Shown: positions 35,515-41,648 of the stretch, in pieces
How the letters are laid out: every line of letters begins with the position of its first letter
Position numbering within the stretch: position 1 is the stretch's first letter
Origin: a virus
DNA length: 46,807 nt
Direction: 5' to 3' (one strand)
IMG/VR virus record: IMGVR_UViG_3300038435_000067
Span: 1-46,807 of that record
The notes under the pieces: generated by a model
Seen by the model: the letters and a program-made list of their open reading frames with translations, nothing else
Databases searched by the model: none
What the model was told of the DNA's origin: nothing
Program-made: the position numbers and the translations under genes

Positions 35515-35925
35515 TTAATCTCTTAAAGATTGAGAGCTTTTTTTGTGAGTAAGTATTGGTTCTTCAATCACAGAAAATCTTGATACTTGCCGTGTTGATT
35601 TGTCATCTTCTTTAAGATGTCCATGTTTAATTGCATCTGCCATTTCGAAAGGTTGTGGTCTACCCATTTTATCTTTGTAATTTTCAATAAAAGTACTAAT
35701 AGTTATTTTGTCATTTTTATGAGCCTCAAAATACCAATTTGGTACATCTACAATATCACCCATTTTTACATCACGCATTTCATATTCCGAGCCTGCCAAT
35801 AAACGTTGTTGATAGGATTTAAAATCATTATATTTCATTTTTTTCATATTTTCAACATGTTCCGAATAAATTTCATCCGGTATCATATGTACAGATGTTG
35901 TAACGTTAAATTTTACTTTTTTCAT
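35515..35925 (-). CDS. Hypothetical protein
   Basis: 136 aa, co-oriented and tightly packed with its neighbours. Confidence 0.55.
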   Translation of the reverse strand: MKKVKFNVTTSVHMIPDEIYSEHVENMKKMKYNDFKSYQQRLLAGSEYEMRDVKMGDIVDVPNWYFEAHKNDKITISTFIENYKDKMGRPQPFEMADAIKHGHLKEDDKSTRQVSRFSVIEEPILTHKKSSQSLRD

Positions 35926-35937
35926 GGCGCAGCTCCT

Positions 35938-36225
35938 TTATTTTAAATTAGAAATTGAATCAAATATTAAATTACCTTTAGCAAACTGATCTTTAGTGCC
36001 GGATACAGTTTGTTCTACAAGTCCGTCAATAGTGTATTGTGCTTCTTGTTGCATATTTCTTTTCACATTTTTTTCTTCTTGAATTACAATACCTTTAATC
36101 AAATTAATACTCATTCTAGTACTGGCCTCGCCCATGAAAATTACATCAATTATTGTATTTGTTTTAATTTTGTTATAAATATCACTGGGTAGATATATTT
36201 TATTTGGGCTTTGAGTTATAAACAT
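35938..36225 (-). CDS. Hypothetical protein
   Basis: 95 aa. Its start overlaps the stop of the ParB-MTase gene. Confidence 0.55.
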   Translation of the reverse strand: MFITQSPNKIYLPSDIYNKIKTNTIIDVIFMGEASTRMSINLIKGIVIQEEKNVKRNMQQEAQYTIDGLVEQTVSGTKDQFAKGNLIFDSISNLK

Positions 36226-37445
36226 TATTTATTTTCCAATATAGCTGTTTTGCCTGTAATTTTTTCCCATCTTGCAATTATAACATCGCAATATTTTGGG
36301 TCAAGTTCCATACTATAATTTATTCTATTTGCTTTTTCACACGCAATAAGAGTGCTACCAGAACCACCGAATAAATCTAATACAATATCTGACTTTTTGC
36401 TACTGTTAGCAATTGCAATGTCAACTAAGGCCACAGGTTTTTCGGTTGTATGAATTTTTTCTGTAGGCGCTAATTTTTGCACAGACCAGACATCTTGTTG
36501 CGAACCGTGCGCTGCGTAACTTTCAGCATTTCGTTGTGAATAAAAAATAAACTCATGATTATTTCGATAGTGTCCAAATCCAAGACTCATCCATTCTTTA
36601 TTCCAAATTATCCAAGCATCAATTTTTAAATCAATTTCATTAAATGCTTGTAAAAAAATAGGAGCACACTTCCAATTATTGCACACATAAAAAGGAGCAT
36701 TTTCATTACAAACTATTAATAAATTAGCAAAAACATCCAATAAAAAATTGGTTAATTCTTCAGGGTTTAAATCATCGTTTAAAATCATTGTCATTTGTGG
36801 ACGAATCTTTTTACTTCTCATTCCCGTGCCAGCAGAATATTTAACTCCGTAAGGTGGGTCGGTAAATACCATATTTGCCTTATTTCCGTTCATTAACTTT
36901 TCAACATCATCAATCATTGTGCTATCTCCGCACATAATACGATGATTACCTAATAACCATACATCTCCATATTTGGTTTTTGGTTCTTGAGGTATTTCCG
37001 GAATAAAATCTTCATTTTCTAAAGTCTGCAAAGCATCATCAGAATTATCAGCAAATGGTAATTCCATGCCCCAATCAAGTAATAATTCAGTATCCCATTC
37101 GTTTGCTAATAAGTCAAAATTCCATTGGCCATATTCCAAATTATCTTTAACGATAAACTCATTTATTTTGTCTACAGACCAATTAACAACATGACAAGGC
37201 GCATGAGTATACTCAAGATGTTTTAACGCTCGCAAACGTTGATTGCCGCCAATTACTACGTATTTATCTTCTAAAGCCACAACAACCAAAGTGCGAACTT
37301 CGATCATTTCCGGAAAGTTTTCAATTGATTTAATTGCTTTGATAAATCCATCTTGCGTTAAATCACGGGGATTTTGTTTAACCCCTTCAATTTGTCCATC
37401 ATTTTGCTGTAAAAGCTTTATGTCAATGAGTTTAGCTTCAATCAT
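36225..37445 (-). CDS. ParB-like nuclease domain fused to a DNA amino-methyltransferase
   Basis: ATG at 37445 (MIEAKLIDIK), overlapping the upstream stop. ParB box VIGGNQRLRAL, MTase motif IV FTDPPYGV and SAM motif LDLFGGSGST. Confidence 0.8.
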   Translation of the reverse strand: MIEAKLIDIKLLQQNDGQIEGVKQNPRDLTQDGFIKAIKSIENFPEMIEVRTLVVVALEDKYVVIGGNQRLRALKHLEYTHAPCHVVNWSVDKINEFIVKDNLEYGQWNFDLLANEWDTELLLDWGMELPFADNSDDALQTLENEDFIPEIPQEPKTKYGDVWLLGNHRIMCGDSTMIDDVEKLMNGNKANMVFTDPPYGVKYSAGTGMRSKKIRPQMTMILNDDLNPEELTNFLLDVFANLLIVCNENAPFYVCNNWKCAPIFLQAFNEIDLKIDAWIIWNKEWMSLGFGHYRNNHEFIFYSQRNAESYAAHGSQQDVWSVQKLAPTEKIHTTEKPVALVDIAIANSSKKSDIVLDLFGGSGSTLIACEKANRINYSMELDPKYCDVIIARWEKITGKTAILENK

Positions 37446-37821
37446 TATCAGATTCTTTAAAACGCATCGTATCAATCTTGTGACTGCGATACATTTTACA
37501 TACGTCTTTTCGATTATCAATTGCTAATGATATTGATTCACCTAATGCCAGAATTTTATTCAGTAAAACCTCTTTAATTTCGACATCATCATCAGTATCG
37601 GTATCAATATCATTGTAATAAAATGAATTAATAAATGTTATTTTGTTTTTTTTAAGCAAACCAGTAATTTTTTCATAATCCTGTTGATTTAATTTGGCAG
37701 CAGTAATCAAACATATTTTATATTTTTGTTCAGCATAACCCCTTAAACAATCAGCAACAACATCATTAATTTGTTCGTTTTCGTTTAAAAGTGTACTATG
37801 AAGATCACATAAAATTATCAT
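37438..37821 (-). CDS. HAD-superfamily phosphatase-like protein (variant motif I)
   Basis: 127 aa. MIILCDLHSTL (DxHxT rather than DxDxT), ICLITA and AIDNRKDVCKMYR resemble HAD motifs I-III of phage 3'-phosphatase-like proteins. Confidence 0.3.
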   Translation of the reverse strand: MIILCDLHSTLLNENEQINDVVADCLRGYAEQKYKICLITAAKLNQQDYEKITGLLKKNKITFINSFYYNDIDTDTDDDVEIKEVLLNKILALGESISLAIDNRKDVCKMYRSHKIDTMRFKESDND

Positions 37822-38243
37822 TTAAAAATTTCCAATTGTAAAAGATAAAAATTATTTAAAAATGTTTCTAATTTGAAAATAGGTAAACCACATTCAATTG
37901 CAAGCTGCATTTCTTTTTCACAAGTTGGATGTAATGATGAATCATAAGGTGCATACACAAAAACATCAGCACTAGTTAATTGATGATAAGAATATTTTCG
38001 TGCTTGCTGCAATGGTTTAATCGCTAAAGCAGGATCAAAACTATCAACTTGAACTAATCCAGAAAATAAGGAACACAGATCATTTAAACGTTTAATGTTG
38101 TATTCAATAATTGCTGGTTCAATTCCTCGCATTGGTTGACACAAAAAAATGCGTTTTTTTGGTTTTATTTCTTCTGAAATATTTGTTGCAGCAACTTTTT
38201 CAGAAGCAACTGATTTATTCACAATTTTTTTTGGTCTTGCCAT
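37818..38243 (-). CDS. Nucleoside 2-deoxyribosyltransferase-like / DUF4406-like protein
   Basis: 141 aa. IFLCQPMRG and ADVFVYAP...EKEMQLAIECGLPIF fit the Rossmann-like pattern of that family. Confidence 0.3.
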   Translation of the reverse strand: MARPKKIVNKSVASEKVAATNISEEIKPKKRIFLCQPMRGIEPAIIEYNIKRLNDLCSLFSGLVQVDSFDPALAIKPLQQARKYSYHQLTSADVFVYAPYDSSLHPTCEKEMQLAIECGLPIFKLETFLNNFYLLQLEIFK

Positions 38244-38548
38244 TATACTTCACCAATAATGTTGCCGCTTGGTTCGTGGGTAGAAGTATCTGGTTCTTTT
38301 TTTAGATTTTCATCTTCAATTTGTGTATTTTTGGCAATTTCGGCTAATTCTTCAGGTGTTAAATCTCTAGGTGCAACAGTTTGAGAATCAAGTAAAAAAC
38401 GAGCCATTCCACCTGCGGGTTGAGTCAATTGAGAATCTTCTCCGTGTGTAACTTTGATCACAAGTCTATTGTCTGCCAAAAGAATTTTAGTAAAAACCAG
38501 ATTCGGTATTGTTGTTTCGTTTACAGCTAACACTTCAGTTATTTGCAT
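38243..38548 (-). CDS. Hypothetical protein, first gene of the long leftward unit
   Basis: 101 aa. The SD AAAGGAAA and ATG at 38548 lie 18 nt after the leader terminator U-tract. Confidence 0.6.
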   Translation of the reverse strand: MQITEVLAVNETTIPNLVFTKILLADNRLVIKVTHGEDSQLTQPAGGMARFLLDSQTVAPRDLTPEELAEIAKNTQIEDENLKKEPDTSTHEPSGNIIGEV

Positions 38549-38566
38549 AATTTTTTTCCTTTAGTG

Positions 38567-38603
38567 AAAAAAAAACCCCACTCTATAATGAAACGAAGCG
38601 GGG
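38567..38603 (-). terminator. Intrinsic terminator in the leader of the long leftward unit
   Basis: The - strand RNA reads CCCCGCUU-12 nt-GAGUGGGG (8 bp including 2 G-U pairs) followed by U9 (38575-38567). An A-run/T-run on both sides makes it potentially bidirectional. Confidence 0.7.
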
Positions 38604-38610
38604 TTTTCTG

Positions 38611-38660
38611 TTGAATGCGTACATTCAATTCGCTCGTTTCATAATGCAAATTCAATGTAC
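38611..38660 (-). promoter_or_regulatory. Leader RNA alternative hairpins A and B
   Basis: Hairpin A pairs GUACAUUGAAUU (38660-38649) with AAUUGAAUGUAC (38630-38619), 11 of 12 bp. Hairpin B is UUGAAUG-UACG-CAUUCAA (38628-38611). They share the segment 38628-38619 and so exclude each other. Confidence 0.55.
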
Positions 38661-38667
38661 AGACTGC

Positions 38668-38696
38668 ATTATAACCAATGTTTTTGCATTTGTCAA
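38668..38696 (-). promoter_or_regulatory. Consensus sigma70 promoter of the long leftward unit
   Basis: On the - strand: TTGACA (38696-38691), exactly 17 nt, TATAAT (38673-38668). A ~40-nt A-rich tract lies upstream (plus-strand T-rich 38698-38737). Confidence 0.75.
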
Positions 38697-38875
38697 ATTT
38701 TTTTTAATTTTGTTTTTAATTTTTTTATTTTTTGAATTTAACCGTTTAAACGCTCTATAAGCTTTTCATTTTAGCCTGGATATAGTAAGATACCACACCA
38801 CCCATTAAAACTTAACCTACACCCCAAGAAATCGAAATAAACAACATATAGGGTTATGAGTTAAAGTCTGTAAAA

Positions 38876-39793
38876 TCAAATTTGTTGTTTTTGTCGTTTT
38901 TCAAACTCTTCAGATTCGATCACGTGATTTCTGTGTGCAATTAACGAATTGCCGTACAATCGAACATTTTTGCTGTCAGTAATGATGCGCTGTCGTGGCT
39001 TTACTAATGCCCGATAGTTTTGTCCCGTCAATAATGCGTCTTCAATGTCTAGCGCTTCATTTGCCCATTTGTGTAACGTGATTATGGTTGTGCGTATTTG
39101 GTGTGGTTGTAAAGAGGGTTTAGCCAAAATGTAACCGTAGATCATGTCCCATTCAGCGTTAGTAAACTTTGCGTTTTGTTCTTTTGCTATTTTTTGCCAA
39201 CAGTCAAAACTTTCATTTGCCATTTTTTTGATGTAAGGAGGTGTTTCCAAATTTTGCGGAGGGGGTGTTTCCGAAGTCGCGCGCATGCGCTGTACTTGTA
39301 CTACTCTTTCTCTTTCTCTCTCTCTTTCTCTAGGAGCGTTACATTCGTTACAATCACTTGTTACCTGATCGTTACCTTCTGTTACATGTAACGAATGTAA
39401 CGCGTTACATTCTGCATTTGCCTTCTTGCGAAGCCTATATTTTGCAACCCTTTCCGAAGAATCATCATATTTACCAATGAGTTTAGGTACTTCAATAAAG
39501 AAAATTGTATTGTTATCAACATCTTGCATTAAATTTGTGCTTCGTAAAAAACTGACAGCCATTTTTAAATTATCTACCTCTTCATCCAAAATTAATGCCA
39601 ATTCTTCTTCAATTTTTGGCTCTAAATTTTGAAATTCATAGTGACCTTCAGTATTAACTGTGAGCAACATTAATTTCTGATAAATGATCAAATATTTGTC
39701 CCCACCCGCAATTTTTCGCAATTTTTTTACTGCCGGAGAACTAAAAAAATCCACCTTCAATTTCAACCAATTATTTTTTTTATTATCGTTCAT
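38876..39793 (-). CDS. Replisome organizer / replication initiator (phage_rep_org_N-like)
   Basis: 305 aa. The N-terminus NWLKLKVDFFSSPAVKKLRKIAGGDKYLIIYQKLML fits the replisome-organizer N-terminal domain pattern. The central linker overlaps the repeat-rich ori candidate. Confidence 0.7.
   Translation of the reverse strand: MNDNKKNNWLKLKVDFFSSPAVKKLRKIAGGDKYLIIYQKLMLLTVNTEGHYEFQNLEPKIEEELALILDEEVDNLKMAVSFLRSTNLMQDVDNNTIFFIEVPKLIGKYDDSSERVAKYRLRKKANAECNALHSLHVTEGNDQVTSDCNECNAPRERERERERVVQVQRMRATSETPPPQNLETPPYIKKMANESFDCWQKIAKEQNAKFTNAEWDMIYGYILAKPSLQPHQIRTTIITLHKWANEALDIEDALLTGQNYRALVKPRQRIITDSKNVRLYGNSLIAHRNHVIESEEFEKRQKQQI
39304..39331. repeat. 28-nt polypyrimidine (CT-rich) tract, polypurine on the coding strand
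   Basis: ctctttctctttctctctctctttctct, encoding RERERERER in the initiator linker. Confidence 0.9.
39338..39412. other. Candidate replication origin: GTTAC iteron cluster with palindromes
   Basis: Five direct GTTAC(A/C) copies at 39338, 39347, 39360, 39371 and 39381 (9-13 bp spacing). There are also two inverted GTAAC copies at 39388 and 39397 and a sixth direct copy at 39404, a 12-bp palindrome GTTACATGTAAC (39381-39392) and a perfect 20-bp palindrome GAATGTAACGCGTTACATTC (39393-39412). Confidence 0.5.
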
Positions 39794-40209
39794 CTTTTAA
39801 ATCCTACCATTTTATAATTGTCTTTTTCTGATTTTTCGCCACCTGGTTCAATTGGTTTAAAAAATTCTTTGGTGTCTTCATTCCAACGCATTCCAGCATC
39901 TTTCATTGCCATTACAAAATCTCGTTTATCTTTAAATTTTTTATCATTTACTTGGCAAATAGGACAACCCAACCATTTTATTGCGCCAGAAGGAAATCGA
40001 TGTAATTCGTTATCAAAATAACGTTGATGACGTTGACAAAAATCATCAATTTTAGTATCAAGAATATGCGGGATTTTAAAAGTAATCTTATCTTTTTTAC
40101 AATTTTTAAAACCATCTTCTTTTTGACAATTTTCATGACCTCTATGCCACACTTGCATTGTTATTTCATGTTCTAAGGTTTTAAAGGGATTTTCAAGATT
40201 TTTGGACAT
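39790..40209 (-). CDS. Cys/His-rich (Zn-binding-like) early protein
   Basis: 139 aa. HRGHENC...NCKK and GCPICQ clusters. It is the first gene of the short leftward unit, with GGAG 8 nt upstream of the ATG. Confidence 0.6.
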   Translation of the reverse strand: MSKNLENPFKTLEHEITMQVWHRGHENCQKEDGFKNCKKDKITFKIPHILDTKIDDFCQRHQRYFDNELHRFPSGAIKWLGCPICQVNDKKFKDKRDFVMAMKDAGMRWNEDTKEFFKPIEPGGEKSEKDNYKMVGFKR

Positions 40210-40224
40210 TATGGAGGCTCCATT

Positions 40225-40269
40225 AAAAAACCCTATTCATCACAAGGTACTAGCAAGTAAGAAATAGGG
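40225..40269 (-). terminator. Leader terminator-like hairpin of the short leftward unit
   Basis: The - strand RNA reads CCCUAUU (40269-40263), a 25-nt loop, AAUAGGG (40237-40231), then U6 (40230-40225). The ATG at 40209 follows 15 nt later. The stem is short and the loop large, so it is weaker than the 38567 terminator. Confidence 0.45.
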
Positions 40270-40285
40270 CTATTTAAAAGGTTAT

Positions 40286-40323
40286 ACACCAATCAACAGC
40301 CTAGTACGCCACACATTGGTGTG
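40286..40323 (-). promoter_or_regulatory. Leader RNA alternative hairpins of the short leftward unit
   Basis: Hairpin A pairs ACACCAAU (40322-40315) with AUUGGUGU (40293-40286), 8 bp with a 21-nt loop. The overlapping hairpin B is CACAC-CAAU-GUGUG (40323-40310). Confidence 0.5.
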
Positions 40324-40334
40324 CAACAGACATT

Positions 40335-40364
40335 ACTATAACTCAAAATATATCCAATTGTCAA
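40335..40364 (-). promoter_or_regulatory. Leftward early promoter
   Basis: On the - strand: TTGACA (40364-40359), 18-nt spacer, TATAGT (40340-40335). It lies back-to-back with the rightward promoter at 40420. Confidence 0.6.
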
Positions 40365-40419
40365 ATTAATAATATATTGCATTGCACAACAGAAAGTTCA
40401 AAATAAATGCAAAAAAGAT

Positions 40420-40449
40420 TTGACACTTGAATACCTGATGTGGCATAAT
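40420..40449 (+). promoter_or_regulatory. Rightward early promoter P1
   Basis: TTGACA (40420-40425), 18-nt spacer ending in the extended -10 element TGg, CATAAT (40444-40449). Confidence 0.7.
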
Positions 40450-40459
40450 ACAGTCATAG

Positions 40460-40480
40460 GTTGGCAAATTGGTTGCCAGC
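40460..40480 (+). promoter_or_regulatory. 5' leader hairpin or palindromic operator downstream of P1
   Basis: GUUGGCAA-AUUGG-UUGCCAGC (8 bp including one G-U, 5-nt loop), starting about +5 from the predicted start. No U-tract follows. Confidence 0.55.
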
Positions 40481-40503
40481 AAAAACAAAATGAGGTAATA
40501 AAA

Positions 40504-40884
40504 ATGAAAACATTCAACAATCAAACAAATACTTACAAAATTTTCAATTTAATTGATATTAATGGCATCAATTGGGTGGGTGATTTTATTGGCAATACTG
40601 GCGCTTTAAATGATGGCCAATTTAATTGGGATGACGAATTAGATGCCTATATTTGTGATAATGATACTTACGATTGGTGGCAAAATGCTATCAAAAAACA
40701 ACAATGGATCACAAATACTGAACAGGAAATTAAACAACAAATTACAGATAATGTAAAATATGATAATTTTATTAATAATTTTATACAATGTGGAGATAAT
40801 GATTTAGAAATGAGTTTAATGTTACAAATTGATTTTTTAACAAATTTCGCAACAAATAATAATTTACAAATTCAGGAGATTTAA
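40504..40884 (+). CDS. Hypothetical acidic early protein, first gene of the P1 operon
   Basis: ATG at 40504 with GAGG 8 nt upstream. The track start at 40420 is the TTG of the -35 hexamer and is rejected. 126 aa, D/N/Q-rich. Confidence 0.6.
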   Translation: MKTFNNQTNTYKIFNLIDINGINWVGDFIGNTGALNDGQFNWDDELDAYICDNDTYDWWQNAIKKQQWITNTEQEIKQQITDNVKYDNFINNFIQCGDNDLEMSLMLQIDFLTNFATNNNLQIQEI

Positions 40885-40885
40885 A

Positions 40886-41089
40886 ATGACAAATTTAACA
40901 GAATTTAAAGAAACATTAAGACAATATTACAATGATTGCATAGCTGAAAGACACCACAAAATGAAAAGATTAGCAGATGCGTATAATTTGCCACGCAAAC
41001 GTTATGAAAAAGCGTTTGCGTTGGGTGAAAAATTATTTAAAACTGAACAAATGCGTGCACAAACTTATCTTAATGAAAGGTTAAAATGA
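40886..41089 (+). CDS. Hypothetical small basic helical protein
   Basis: 67 aa, AGGAG upstream. Confidence 0.55.
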   Translation: MTNLTEFKETLRQYYNDCIAERHHKMKRLADAYNLPRKRYEKAFALGEKLFKTEQMRAQTYLNERLK

Positions 41090-41152
41090 AAACTTTAGAA
41101 GATTAGTAGGATTGGGAATTTCATATTTGGGATATTTTGGAGATAATAAAGA

Positions 41153-41371
41153 ATGATAATAATTGATACTTGCGATAAATGCAAGCATTTTAATAAAAAA
41201 CTTTGGGACGAAACCGACGGTTATAGTCATGAATATTGTTATTATGGTATAGATTGTTCCCCCAATTTTGGATGCATTGATTGGGAAGAAAAACCCAAAG
41301 ATGATAGCAGAATAAAAGCACTTGAAGAAAATGTTGCAAAAATTCTTAATATGTTTTTGGAGACAAAATAA
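41153..41371 (+). CDS. Hypothetical Cys-rich small protein
   Basis: 72 aa. CDKC ... C-x-C pattern. GGAG upstream. Confidence 0.55.
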   Translation: MIIIDTCDKCKHFNKKLWDETDGYSHEYCYYGIDCSPNFGCIDWEEKPKDDSRIKALEENVAKILNMFLETK

Positions 41372-41646
41372 TGATAAAAATTGAAAAAATAGAAACTGAT
41401 TTGACTGTTGAGGATATTTTAGAAAAATATTCGGAAATTTTATTTGAGAAAATAGGGCTTCCATTTATGCGTGGTGAGCTTTCGACTGTAATGTTAATTG
41501 CGGATGTGGAAAGTTTAATAAAACTAGATTTAAAAAATATCGGAATAGACACAATACAAGGAATAGCAATTAATGTAATTAAAATTACAGATGCGTTTAT
41601 TGAAAGATTATACTTATCAATAAAACTAGCAAATGAAAAGGTGTAA
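41371..41646 (+). CDS. Hypothetical protein
   Basis: 91 aa. Its ATG overlaps the upstream stop, with GGAG upstream. Confidence 0.55.
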   Translation: MIKIEKIETDLTVEDILEKYSEILFEKIGLPFMRGELSTVMLIADVESLIKLDLKNIGIDTIQGIAINVIKITDAFIERLYLSIKLANEKV

Positions 41647-41648
41647 TT

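Larger units (their letters stand above)
40384..40510 (+). repeat. Promoter/leader cassette, copy 1 (about 95% identical to 43663-43790)
   Basis: Aligned by eye, the copies differ by about 6 substitutions and a 1-nt indel over 127 nt. The repeat spans the -35, -10, leader hairpin, SD and ATGAAAA. Confidence 0.9.

Noticed and set aside
38681-38691. A shared 11-mer AAATGCAAAAA in the spacer of the 38.6-kb promoter and just upstream of the -35 of both rightward promoters (40405-40415 and 43684-43694), considered as a common regulator site.
   Set aside because: Its position relative to the hexamers differs. It is AT-rich, so a chance recurrence in a 47-kb AT-rich genome is not negligible, and two of the three copies are explained by the cassette duplication.
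40420-40503. N-terminal extensions of the first genes of the two rightward operons (track starts at 40420 and 43748).
   Set aside because: The start at 40420 is the TTG of the -35 hexamer, and 43748 lies inside the leader hairpin. Both extensions translate the duplicated non-coding cassette. The internal ATGs (40504, 43784) have a GAGG SD at proper spacing.
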